A stretch of DNA of 63,999 nucleotides, filler included, from Octopus bimaculoides (GCF_001194135.2; 5 parts of 5 records of this genome joined end to end with filler, not necessarily neighbours in it); one strand, 5' to 3'; counted from the first letter of the whole stretch, positions 1 to 11,740 are shown. Notes: generated by a model from the sequence alone, not told the origin. Numbers and translations: made by a program.

Positions 1-61
<61 letters not shown>
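1..61. repeat. (TG)n microsatellite
   Basis: Perfect TG run at window start. Confidence 0.99.
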
Positions 62-67
<6 letters not shown>

Positions 68-114
68 TGTTGAATAGGTCATCTTCAATGTCGACCTTGC
101 CTGTTTCTACATGT

Positions 115-208
115 TTAACATTTTACCTGAGGATGGTGAATTTATGCTATGATGTAATCTAAGAACGCATCAATAAAATGCTACCGAAACAGCTGTAGTA
201 AATGTTAA
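115..208 (+). ncRNA. Type I hammerhead ribozyme motif (Penelope-like/retrozyme type)
   Basis: Stem I TTAACATTTTAC (115-126) pairs with GTAAATGTTAA (198-208) with one bulge; core CTGAGGA (127-133); stem II GGTG/TACC; GAAA (186-189); stem III AC-AGCT-GT with palindromic loop; predicted GUA cleavage after 197. Confidence 0.75.
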
Positions 209-287
209 GTTGAAATTTATAGAAAAACAGGTGCATGAACAAGAAGGTGTACTAGTTTGTCGCCCGAGAAAGTAAAAAATGAAAAGG

Positions 288-325
288 CCTTTCACATTTC
301 GAGCCTACGCTCTTCAACAGAAAGG
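288..325 (-). ncRNA. Degenerate minimal hammerhead motif
   Basis: Minus strand CCTTT-CTGTTGA-A-GAGC(GTAG)GCTC-GAAA-TGT-G-AAAGG; stems I and II intact, core A6 and cleavage-site base non-canonical. Confidence 0.5.
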
Positions 326-731
326 AATAAGAGAAAATAAACAGAGAGAGAATGAAAAAAAAAACCTTTGAAATTCGTCTTTTGTTTTTCTATAAATTTC
401 AACTGTATATTATATATTCACGTGGTTACCACAGTTTTATCCTGCTTTAGCTTCCTACTCTTTGGACCTGCAGATCTCAACTCCTTCCTGAACCTTCTGC
501 ATCTCTGTTCATCTATATACTAGCAATCCACCCGGATATACTGACTCTACTTTCACGGATTTCGCTGGATTTTTTCGTTGTAGTAAATGTTAAGCCATAT
601 TTGTGTTCTTTTGTAGCTACATCACACCTGGAACCAACCCTCAATCGGATCTACGGTTTCTGTTGGATTTGGCACCTATATACAACAGACTACAATATAT
701 GATACCCTTTGATTTACTTAAAAAAAAAATA

Positions 732-981
732 AATGCACCCTTTTTAAAGCCTAGCCAGGCTCATGGGCCCAGATTCCCGGTTTCAATGGCGTATGTGATC
801 CCCGGTTGGACGGAGCGCCAGTCCATTGTAGCGTTACTTATTTTTGCCAGCTGAGTGGACTGGAGCAACGTGAAATGAAGTGTTTTGCGCAAGAACACAA
901 CGCGTCGCCCGGTCCAGGAATCGAAACCACAATCTTACGATCATGGTGCTGACACCCTAACCACTCAGCCACGCGCCTCCA
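732..981 (-). mobile_element. tRNA-derived SINE, type C (V-SINE-like body)
   Basis: A box GTGGCTGAGTGGTTAG, B box GGTTTCGATTCC, body with ATGGACTGGCG motif; second copy at 17077-17304. Confidence 0.85.
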
Positions 982-1158
982 TATTGATTTACTTACTGTG
1001 ATCTTAATGTTATGCAATCTCCTTCATTTCATAAATATGAATTAATTTTGTCAAGCTCCCTTTTTAGTTTGTAACAGAAATTTAAATGTAAGGAAATGTC
1101 TTAAAATAAATTTAAAGTGCCTACGTGATAACTGTAAACCTACTTTTGGGTCACCCTG
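982..1158. mobile_element. Tc1/mariner-type element end (truncated)
   Basis: Ends TTTTGGGTCACCCTG|TA, resembling the TTGGGACACCCTG|TA end at 57373; other end not found. Confidence 0.35.
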
Positions 1159-1183
1159 TATAATATATAAATATATACTAAGA

Positions 1184-1375
1184 AGGTGAGCTGGCAGAAA
1201 AGTTTGCACGCCGAGCGAAATGCTTAACGGTATTTCGTCTGTCTTTATGTTCTGAGTTCAAATCCTGCCGAGATTGACATTGCATTTCACCCTTTCGGGG
1301 TCGATAAATTAAGTACCAGTTGTGTATTGGGGTCGATCTAATCGACTGGCCCACACTCCCCCAAAATTTCGAGCC
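1184..1375 (+). mobile_element. tRNA-derived SINE, type B (Meta-domain-like)
   Basis: GAGCTGGCAGAA head, GAGTTCAAAT B box, TTTCGGGGTCGATAAATTAAGTACCAG core; more than 12 copies in the window. Confidence 0.9.
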
Positions 1376-1377
1376 GA

Positions 1378-1537
1378 ACGACGGGCTTCTTTCAGTTCCC
1401 GTCTACCAAATCCACTCAGAATGCTTTGGTCGGCCTGAGGTTATAGTAGGAGACACTTGACCTAAGATATCACAGTGTGACGCTGATCCCGAAACCATGT
1501 GGTTGAGAAGCAAGCTTTTTACCACATAGCCACGCCT
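1378..1537 (-). mobile_element. tRNA-derived SINE, type A head (CORE-like body)
   Basis: Reverse complement of the GGCGTGGCTATGTGGTAA head and body seen at 7923 and 29528. Confidence 0.85.
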
Positions 1538-2333
1538 ATATATATATANNNNNNNNNNNNNNNNNNNNNNNNNNNNNNNNNNNNNNNNNNNNNNNNNNNN
1601 NNNNNNNNNNNNNNNNNNNNNNNNNNNNNNNNNNNNNNNNNNNNNNNNNNNNNNNNNNNNNNNNNNNNNNNNNNNNNNNNNNNNNNNNNNNNNNNNNNNN
1701 NNNNNNNNNNNNNNNNNNNNNNNNNNNNNNNNNNNNNNNNNNNNNNNNNNNNNNNNNNNNNNNNNNNNNNNNNNNNNNNNNNNNNNNNNNNNNNNNNNNN
1801 NNNNNNNNNNNNNNNNNNNNNNNNNNNNNNNNNNNNNNNNNNNNNNNNNNNNNNNNNNNNNNNNNNNNNNNNNNNNNNNNNNNNNNNNNNNNNNNNNNNN
1901 NNNNNNNNNNNNNNNNNNNNNNNNNNNNNNNNNNNNNNNNNNNNNNNNNNNNNNNNNNNNNNNNNNNNNNNNNNNNNNNNNNNNNNNNNNNNNNNNNNNN
2001 NNNNNNNNNNNNNNNNNNNNNNNNNNNNNNNNNNNNNNNNNNNNNNNNNNNNNNNNNNNNNNNNNNNNNNNNNNNNNNNNNNNNNNNNNNNNNNNNNNNN
2101 NNNNNNNNNNNNNNNNNNNNNNNNNNNNNNNNNNNNNNNNNNNNNNNNNNNNNNNNNNNNNNNNNNNNNNNNNNNNNNNNNNNNNNNNNNNNNNNNNNNN
2201 NNNNNNNNNNNNNNNNNNNNNNNNNNNNNNNNNNNNNNNNNNNNNNNNNNNNNNNNNNNNNNNNNNNNNNNNNNNNNNNNNNNNNNNNNNNNNNNNNAAT
2301 TTCGATCAAAAGGGATCGCGGGAAGAAAAAAAA

Positions 2334-2366
<33 letters not shown>

Positions 2367-2395
2367 GTGTGCATATATATCTGTGTGTTTGTATG

Positions 2396-2715
2396 TGGAG
2401 GTGCAATGACCCAGTGTTAGGGCAGTGGGCTCACGGTCGTAGGATCGCAGTTTCGATTCCCAGACCGGCAGGGAGAGGTTGTGACGAACCCTGCTCTACT
2501 CTTTCACCACAACTTTCTCTCACTCTTTCTTTCTATTTCTGTTGTACCTGTACTTCAAAGGGTCAGCCTTGTCACACTCTGTGTCACGCTGAATCTCCCC
2601 TAAAACTACGTTAAGGGTACACGTGTCTGTTGAGTGCTCAGCCACTTGCACGTTAATTTCACGAGCATTGATCGGATCAACTGGAACCTTCGTCTCCGTA
2701 AATGAAGGAATCTAA
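2396..2715 (+). mobile_element. tRNA-derived SINE, type D (type C-like head, different body)
   Basis: TGGAGGTGCAATGACCCAGTGTTAG head and GTTTCGATTCC B box followed by a distinct body. Confidence 0.6.
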
Positions 2716-3005
2716 AGTTATTTGGAATTAAAGTTGGGAAATTTGGGTAATTTTAGCCAATACACAGTTTTTTTTTTTTCGATTTTTAACCTCTGTAACT
2801 TTTTCCTCCAATTTCTTTTCTCCACAACATCATACCTTCTTAGCAATGAGACTGGAAAACTACACTGTTATAGTCGATTTTCAGATTCTTTTACTTCCTT
2901 TTAAAAACTGCATTTTTTGTGGATCAGTTTAACTAGATCCGTATCCAGTTACTTTCTTGGCGAAAGAGCTATTAAACATAGTTAGCTGTTAATTAACAAT
3001 GTTAT

Positions 3006-3220
3006 CGGCGAGCTGGCACAAACGTTAGCACACCGGGCAAAATGCTTAGCAGTATTTCATCTTTACGTTCTGAGTACAAATTCCGCCGAGGTCAACTTTC
3101 CGTTTTATCTTTTCGGGATCGATAAATTAAGTACTAGTTGCATTTTGGGGTCGATCTAATCGACTGGCCTCCCACCCCCAAAAAAATTTCGAGCCTTGTT
3201 CCTAGAGTAGAAAAGAATAT
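3006..3220 (+). mobile_element. SINE type B
   Basis: Full-length match to the 1184-1375 copy plus tail CCTAGAGTAGAAAAGAAT. Confidence 0.9.
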
Positions 3221-3389
3221 CAACATCATTCATTATTACCCGTCATCTTTAAACATAACTTCATCTCACCTGACTCCATCACCAATCCCACTCACTTGCT
3301 GTCATATGTAAGCCCAAGCTGCAGCAAACTGACTATATCTGCTCTAGCTACTTTCCCCAGCTATTATTATGTGCATCTTACCATCATCA

Positions 3390-3795
3390 TAGCCACCACC
3401 ATCACCACCAACAACAACAACAACAATCACTACCACCACCACCACCACCAGAGCACAAAAGTCGGCTATACTACCATCCTACCATCACTACTACTACTAC
3501 TACTACTGCTGCAATTACTTCCCCTTACACACACACTTTATTATCGCATTACGAGCACGCAGATGCACACACACACACACACACCACCACCACCACCCCC
3601 GCTACCATCACCGCCACTACATTTAGCAGCATCGCCGCCGGCCACTTCAACAATTTACAATTTCTACCACCACTCACCACTACCACCACAACCATAATTA
3701 TCACTCAGCATCGTTATGACGGCCGCATTATCGCCCGCATACACATACACACACACACAGCACACACACACAGCACACACACACAAACAGCACAC

Positions 3796-3834
<39 letters not shown>

Positions 3835-3900
3835 CACACACAGCACACACAGCACACACAAACAGCACACACAGCACACACACACACGCATACAGACTGC
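3390..3900. repeat. Compound low-complexity tract (CAC/CAA/TAC/CA, CAGCA-interrupted CA)
   Basis: Directly visible. Confidence 0.95.
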
Positions 3901-3974
3901 CAGTACCGCCACGACCATCACCACCTTCGAAATTCATTGAGCGCAATCAGAAATGTTAAGAAGCCAAGATGCAC

Positions 3975-4122
3975 AAGACAAGAGAGAGGCAAATAGAGAG
4001 ACAGAGAGAGAAAGAGAGGAAGGGAGGGAGTGAGAGGGGAAAGACGGATAGAGGGATCGAGAAAGAGAGAGAGAAAGAAAGACAGACTGACAGACAAAGA
4101 GAAAGAGACACGGAGATAGATA

Positions 4123-4158
<36 letters not shown>

Positions 4159-4484
4159 GAGAGATAAGTAATCAAACAAAAAGCGGAAAAGAGAGAGAGA
4201 GAGAGAACAGAGAAAGACAGACAGACAGTGAGAGAGGAAGAGACAAAGAGCAAAAGAGAGAAAGAGAGAGAAAGTGAGAGAGAGAAAGACAGACAGACAA
4301 AGAGAAAGAGACACGGAGATAGATACAGAGAGAGAGAGAGAGAGAGGAAGAGAGAAGGAGAGTGATAAGTAATCAGACAAAAAGCGGGTGAGAAAGAAAA
4401 AAAGAGAGACAGACAGACAGACAGAAAGAGAGAGTGAGTGAGAAAGAGAACGAGCCACAGGTACAGATACAGAGAGTGAGAGAA

Positions 4485-4515
<31 letters not shown>

Positions 4516-4727
4516 GAGACAGACATACAACAATCCCTCAGACAGACAGACTGACAGAGAAAGAGAGAGGAAGAAAGAGGAAGAGAGAGGAAGAAAGAGG
4601 AAGAGAGAGGAAGAAAGAGGAAGAGAGAGGAAGAAAGAGGAAGAGAGAGGAAGAAAGAAGAAGAGAGAGGAAGAAAGAGGAAGAGAGAGGAAGAAAGAAG
4701 AAGAGAGAGGAAGAAAGAGGAAGAGAG
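3975..4727. repeat. Polypurine AG tract with 20 bp minisatellite (AAGAGAGAGGAAGAAAGAGG x ~8)
   Basis: Unit repeats in register from 4561 to 4727. Confidence 0.95.
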
Positions 4728-4906
4728 ACGTGTCCATCACTGATAATGACTTTCGCCACTCTCGGTTNNNNNNNNNNNNNNNNNNNNNNNNNNNNNNNNN
4801 NNNNNNNNNNNNNNNNNNNNNNNNNNNNNNNNNNNNNNNNNNNNNNNNNNNNNNNNNNNNNNNNNNNNNNNNNNNNNNNNNNNNNNNNNNNNNNNNNNNN
4901 NNNNNN

Positions 4907-4950
<44 letters not shown>

Positions 4951-6239
4951 CCTCTCTCTCCCCCACCTATTTATCTATATTTCTTCATCTCTCTCGCTTC
5001 TTCTCTCGTTCGTTGGTTTCATTCTTTTGCATTGTTCATTTTTTTGTCTTTTTTTTTCTTGTATATTTTTTTGCTTTCCTTTTGGGATATTTTTGTTTAG
5101 TTTCCTCCGTTTTTGTTTTGTTTTCCTTTTTTATTTTTTCTTCCAAATATGACTTCATGATGCCTCTGCGACGAGGCGTGTCATGTCATGAGTGGAGGCG
5201 TCGTGTAGGTGGCCTTAGTTTCGCATTCTCCTCTTTCATTTGGTTATCTTGAGAGACCAGGACACTCTCTCGCGCACTATTATTGTATTATTAAATTAAT
5301 AACGTCTTCACAAAAGCATACGCAAAAAACACACACATATTCATAAATAAACACACGTTCATACACATGCACACAGAGAGGCATACAACGGAAATACAGT
5401 CACACACGATCATACGCATGCACATAAATGAAAGCACACAGTGTGCATATGCATTCAACCAGGAAAACACATTGCTAGATGCAACGATGCACGCATAATC
5501 ATTCGCACGTATTCATCGATCTATGCTGATTGCACGCTACTCCAGAATCCTAATATAGACAAGCATACGAATACACACGTACACATATAGATAGATACAT
5601 GCGCACACTAATAACCAGAGGAAATATATATATATATATATATANNNNNNNNNNNNNNNNNNNNNNNNNNNNNNNNNNNNNNNNNNNNNNNNNNNNNNNN
5701 NNNNNNNNNNNNNNNNNNNNNNNNNNNNNNNNNNNNNNNNNNNNNNNNNNNNNNNNNNNNNNNNNNNNNNNNNNNNNNNNNNNNNNNNNNNNNNNNNNNN
5801 NNNNNNNNNNNNNNNNNNNNNNNNNNNNNNNNNNNNNNNNNNNNNNNNNNNNNNNNNNNNNNNNNNNNNNNNNNNNNNNNNNNNNNNNNNNNNNNNNNNN
5901 NNNNNNNNNNNNNNNNNNNNNNNNNNNNNNNNNNNNNNNNNNNNNNNNNNNNNNNNNNNNNNNNNNNNNNNNNNNNNNNNNNNNNNNNNNNNNNNNNNNN
6001 NNNNNNNNNNNNNNNNNNNTGTGTGTGTGTGTGTGTATACATGCACTTATACAGAAACAAGCCACTCCAGTCATACACTCACTTTCATATAATCATATTC
6101 ATTCGCATATTGACGCAAAGAAATAAAGAAAACATGCATACATACATACATGCATGAATACGTACATATATTCATGCATGCATACACACATATACATACA
6201 TATATGCTTATGTACAGTTTTATATTTAAGAGATGAGGA

Positions 6240-7190
6240 ATATGTACATCATTTACATTATTTATAATTGACGGATATTTATCCTCATCTTGTTTGTTGT
6301 TAACACAACGTTTCGGCCGATATACTCTCCAGCCTTCATCAGGTGTCTTGGGGAAATTTCGAACCTGGGTTCTCATTCCTAAGGTATTTTTCGATGTTGC
6401 TATTATTATTATTCAGGTCATTGCCTGGAATCAAACTCAGAATCTTGGTGTTAGTAGCCCGCGCTCTTAACCACTACGCTATATGGCCGTGGGCAATTAT
6501 GAAGTGAACTTTTAGGGCTTATAAATCTAATATTCTCCTATCCTTCCTTAATACCGATTCCCATATGCTGTTCATATCTGCACTCGGTCAGCTTAGGAGG
6601 TTGTTGAGCCCTAGCGTATGTGCTGCTTCTTTTAGTTTTCGTATTTTCCAGTGGTATTCTCTGTCTATTATTTTAATATTATCCCACAGGGGGAGGTGGT
6701 CTCTATTTTTCCATATATGATCAGCTATACCCGATTTATCAATATCTCCTCGTGTCACAGCTTTGCGATGTACCTCTACCCTTATTTTGAGGGGGCGACA
6801 TGTTTCGCCCTTGTATAACCTACCACAGCTGCATGTGATGGAGTACACGCAGTTTTTGGTCATATTCTCTTCTATTGGTGGTTTTACTCGAAGGAGATAT
6901 TTGCCAAGTGTTGTAATTACTCTTGAATACCGTTCTGATATCATATGGACCGCATAACTTTTGTATCTTTTCGGAGAAGCCTTTCACATAGGATAGACAG
7001 ACTGTAGACAGTTTATTGGTTTCATCCTCTCTTTTCTTCATAATTGGAATGGACAGTATATTTTTGGGGTAGTTGTTGCTTAATAGATTGTTACTGAGCT
7101 TGATCATTTCTTCGTGGTGGGTATCACGATCGCTACTTATATTCATACAAAAGGGCCGTATATCTTTTGTATGAATATAAATACTAATGG
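6240..7190 (-). mobile_element. Penelope-like retroelement 3' part: RT thumb, GIY-YIG endonuclease and 3' region (frameshifted)
   Basis: Translations TVCLSYVKGFSEKIQKLCGPYDIRTVFKS and NCVYSITCSCGRLYKGETCRPLKIRVEVH...IADHIW...RKLKEAAH match the PLE GIY-YIG pattern. Confidence 0.9.
6302..6347 (-). ncRNA. Minimal hammerhead ribozyme of the Penelope-like element
   Basis: GACAC-CTGATGA-A-GGCTGG(AGAGTATA)TCGGCC-GAAAC-GT-T-GTGTT; loopless palindromic stem III (AACGTT); about 240 bp downstream of the endonuclease stop. Confidence 0.8.
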
Positions 7191-7922
7191 ATCTGTTGAT
7201 AGACAGACAGACAGACAGACAGATAGACAATCAGATAGATAGATAGATAGGTAGATATTATACACACGCACACACATAGTTTTAAACGCATTTTTGTGTA
7301 AACATGCATGTGATTGCGTGTGGATGTATCTGTATCATTTATATGTTCATCTTAGTCTTATGTGAGGTTTTTAGATTACGTTCTCCTCATTTTAAAAATC
7401 TCCTTCACCTTTCTGTTTTACAGAGAGAGAGAGAGAGGGGTACAGAGAGAATCCCCCACTTCGCGCACACACATACGCACGCCTGCACATTGAACAAGGA
7501 TAAAACGATTTTAAATTTTAATAAATGCGCATTAACTTTAGATAAACACAGTGGAACAAACTCAACCATGTGTATGATAATTTATGATAACATACAATAA
7601 CTTATTATTTTATGTTAACTTAAATAATTCGTGATAACATTAACGCCACCACTAAGCTTTTCAGTGCTTTTAGTGGAATCCATTTAATTGAAAGCGTTTG
7701 GGCAAAATCGTGAAACTTAGTATAAAGTCCTCAATTTTCCAACCATTTATGGACGACTCGCCAAATGTCATATCTACTACTTTTACTCTGTCAAGAAAGC
7801 CTTATAAAAAATATTAAAATGAACCTAATTACTTACCTATTGGTAAGTATTGGTTAATTAACTGGTTGTAGCTAGAATCTTTTAAATATAATTCACTAAT
7901 AAAATTCGAAAACTTAGAGGAT

Positions 7923-8345
7923 AGGCGTAGGAGTGGCTGTGTGGTAAGTAGCTTGCTTACTAACCACATGGTTCCGGGTTCAGTCCCACTGCGTGGCACC
8001 TTGGACAAGTGCCTTCTACTATAGCCTCGAGCCGACCAAAGCCTTGTAAGTGGATTTGGTAGACGGAAACTGAAATATATATACGTCGTATATATGTATA
8101 TATATGTATGTGTGTGTATGTGTGTGTGTGTGTGTGTGTGTTTGTGTGTCTGTGTTTGTCCCCAACATCGCTTGACAACCGATGCTGGTGTGTTTACGTC
8201 CCCGTAACTTAGCGGTTCGGCAAAAGAGACAGATAGAATAAGTACTAGGCTTACAAGAATAAGCCCTGGGGTCGATTTACTCAACTAAAGGCGGTGCTCC
8301 AGCATGGCCACATTCAAATGATTGAAACAAGTAAAAAAAGAGAAA
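7923..8345 (+). mobile_element. SINE type A, full length with internal (TA)/(TG) microsatellite
   Basis: A box GGCTGTGTGGTAAG, B box GGTTCAGTCC, GGCACCTTGGACAAGTG core, tail GGCGGTGCTCCAGCATGGCC...GAAACAAGTAAAA. Confidence 0.92.
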
Positions 8346-8373
8346 AAGAGAAAAAAGAGAAAGATTTCATTAA

Positions 8374-8689
8374 CTAGAGGCGCACGAAGCCGCATTGAAT
8401 GAAAAATATGCGTTTACAATCATGTCATTCATTCGTGCGCACTCGAATGAGAAAGCCTGTCGCTGCGGAAATAGTCTCTAGAAAAAAAATTTTTTATATG
8501 TAATGTGCGAAAACGCATCATTGAGCTATTAATAACGTCATCAGATTGTATGACAGATGCGTTTTTTGCATCGTTACGCTCCATCAGCCACGACACCGAA
8601 AGTGCTTCCCAGGTCAGAGTGTGCTCAAACTTGTTACATACGATGGTGCACACATATATTTAAATCAACACCACTTTGTGCGTCTCTAG
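8374..8689. mobile_element. TTAA-flanked MITE (316 bp)
   Basis: TIR CTAGAGGCGCACGAAG / CTTTGTGCGTCTCTAG (14/16); TTAA at 8370-8373 and 8690-8693. Confidence 0.7.
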
Positions 8690-9532
8690 TTAATTAATTT
8701 TAGCTTCACCGAGCTTTACGCGCATCGGCAAAACTACTATTTACCGTTCTTAAACACAAGAATATTCGTTCTTGCAAGGATTTGAAAAACTGATTTGATA
8801 TTTGTGGCTGACGAAGCGCAACAACACAGAAACACATTCGTCTACGATCCGATGACATCAAGATCAAGCCAATGATGTGTTTCGTCTGTGAGGAGACTTT
8901 TCTCCTGACATATCATTTTCGTAGCGATTTGTCTTCCTATGTTCTACTGTACACGTATGTGTACATGATAATTTCAAATTTTATTTTATGATTTATATTT
9001 CACTGACTTTTTATGTTTTTACTCCTATACAAGCCGTCGACAGATGTCATCTACACCAGGTTGTGTTTTACAGACAGACAGCGAAGGAGATGACGAGAGA
9101 AATGATAGAGAAACCATTGCTGAAGATTGTGACAATATCAGCTTGCAAATTATTTTAGCGTGGTTGCCATTACTGAGAACAATCTTCAGTAGTTACTTTA
9201 AAGTCTTTTTGTTTTTTGTGTGTGAATTCTTTAATTTGTTCTTCAAGAAAACACTGCTGTTACAAAATACTAGAGATTGTGTTCAAATGATGGCAACCAA
9301 GTAAAAATTAATTGCAATCTGATATAGTCACAATATTTTCCCTTTCATTTCTGTCCCCATTTTCATGTCTGTCTGTCTATCTTTCTATCTACCCACCTAC
9401 CTACCTTTGGGCCAGAAACATTGCAGAAAAACGTGAATTCTTCGAGCAGCCTGTGTCTTATGCAAAATCCGTGATGATCCCGAGTGACGCTGATGCCCGG
9501 GAGTCGCCTCTGATGCATATATTTTTATTCGC

Positions 9533-9895
9533 AGGCGTGGCTGTGTGTTAAGGAGCTTGCTTCCCAATCACATGGTTCCGGATTCAGTCCGTGGTACCTT
9601 GGGCAAGTGTCTTCTACAATAGCCTCGTGCTTTGTGAGTGGATTTGATAGACGAAAACTGAAAGAAGTCAGTCCCATATACATACGTTTGTATGTCTGTG
9701 TTTGTCCCCCCACCATCATCGCTTGACACCGATGTTGATGTGATTACGTCCCCGTAACTTAACGGTTCGGCAAAAGAGAACGATTGTATAAGTACTAGGC
9801 TAACAAAGATAAGTCCAGGAGTAGATTTCTTCAACTAAAGGCGGTGTTCCAGCATGGCTGCAGTCAAAGGACTGAAATAAGTAAAAGAAAAGAGA
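9533..9895 (+). mobile_element. SINE type A
   Basis: Colinear with 7923-8345, small deletions. Confidence 0.9.
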
Positions 9896-10168
9896 ATATA
9901 TGTGCATGTATGTATGCATTATGTATGTATGTATGTATGTATGTATGTATGCATGTATGCATGTATGTGCCAATGGTTTCGCATCCATAAAGGGTTTGGC
10001 CCCATGACCGACTCGTCAGACTCTGCAGCCGAAAGCCCTTCGTACGTACACCTAAATAGATAGATAGATATAATATAAGGATAAATTCTTTATAAGAATT
10101 TATCAAGTAGTCAGCGTGAAAAAACCTCATAAGGAAAAAAAAGCCCATCGTTTTTTCCCATAAATATA

Positions 10169-10255
10169 TATAATATAATTTATATAAGGGCATTACTATA
10201 CAGTAATGCTTCACGCTTTATAGTATAGTAATGCCCTTATATAAATTATATTATA
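10169..10255. repeat. Perfect 33 bp inverted repeat with 21 nt spacer
   Basis: TATAATATAATTTATATAAGGGCATTACTATAC (10169-10201) is the exact reverse complement of 10223-10255. Confidence 0.95.
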
Positions 10256-10264
10256 AACAGATAG

Positions 10265-10329
<65 letters not shown>

Positions 10330-10436
10330 AACGGACAGCAAGAGAACAAGAGATAGATGGATAGAGAGAGAGAGAGTCAGACAGTCAGACAGGCAGAGAG
10401 CGAAAGATAGATAGATAGATAGATAGATGTACAAAC

Positions 10437-10590
10437 AGCGGGCTTCTTTCAGTTTCTGTCTATCCAATTCACTCACAAGGCTTTGGTTGGTCCGAAGCTA
10501 CAGTAGAAGACACTTGCCCAAGGTGCCACGCAGTGGGACTGAACCCGGGAACTATGTGGCTGGGAAGCAAACTCCTCACTGCACAGTCAC
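10437..10590 (-). mobile_element. SINE type A head
   Basis: Reverse complement of the type A 5' half. Confidence 0.85.
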
Positions 10591-10671
10591 GGCGTGATTT
10601 GATAGATTTGACTGCTATATTTAACAAATCGTGTGACCATGACCACATAGGAGTTTCCACTTTGAAGCACC

Positions 10672-10725
<54 letters not shown>

Positions 10726-11260
10726 CGTGTATGTGTGTGTATACTTGTGTGAGTATGTGTATCTGTACGTATGAGTTTGACATGTTGTGTTGCGGTGTCA
10801 TCTAACACTAATTAACAACAAATTGGTATCGGGTGATAATGGAACGATATTGAGTTCGCATCACCAGAAGGTAGCTTTGCAAAATGACGCATTCTTCGTA
10901 TCACCATTTCATAAGGCCTTGCTCATTAGTGAGCTTGTAAGCGTACGAAGATCTGTCGAAGTTTGCTTGTGCACGTGTGTGTTTTGTATACGGGTATATG
11001 AGTGTGGGAAGGCGTTCGTGCAACGAGTGTGTATGTGTTATGTGCATACGTGTGTCAGTATACGGGTGAAATCGATACCTACACACAAAACACACGTAGG
11101 TTTATATGCATATATGTATATACATTTATATGAATGCATGCTCCCCACCCATATATATATACATATAGTTAAAGAAATATTTTTTATGCATAGATATTTA
11201 TGCATACATGTAAATATGTATTTAGATGTATATATATATGTATATTCAAATACATACATG

Positions 11261-11310
<50 letters not shown>

Positions 11311-11414
11311 CACGCACACAGAACAACACATACATACAGACATACATCTTACATACATACATAAATATATACATATATATATATATGCATATATATACAC
11401 ACAGATACACCCCC

Positions 11415-11454
<40 letters not shown>

Positions 11455-11709
11455 GACACACTAAGACATAATCTTACATACATATATATATGCATACACA
11501 CATACATATAAATATATATACATATACATATATATATATATATATANNNNNNNNNNNNNNNNNNNNNNNNNNNNNNNNNNNNNNNNNNNNNNNNNNNNNN
11601 NNNNNNNNNNNNNNNNNNNNNNNNNNNNNNNNNNNNNNNNNNNNNNNNNNNNNNNNNNNNNNNNNNNNNNNNNNNNNNNNNNATATATATGTATATACAT
11701 GCATGTATG

Positions 11710-11740
<31 letters not shown>

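Noticed and set aside
603-854. 83 aa ORF
   Set aside because: Its second half is the antisense strand of a type C SINE.
1499-2614. Long ORFs spanning N runs (also 33.8-35.0, 42.6-43.8, 50.8-51.5, 52.3-52.8 and 57.3-58.0 kb)
   Set aside because: Open only because N codons contain no stops.
7923-8000. tRNA-like A and B boxes
   Set aside because: SINE heads; no complete cloverleaf or acceptor stem in any copy, so no tRNA gene called.
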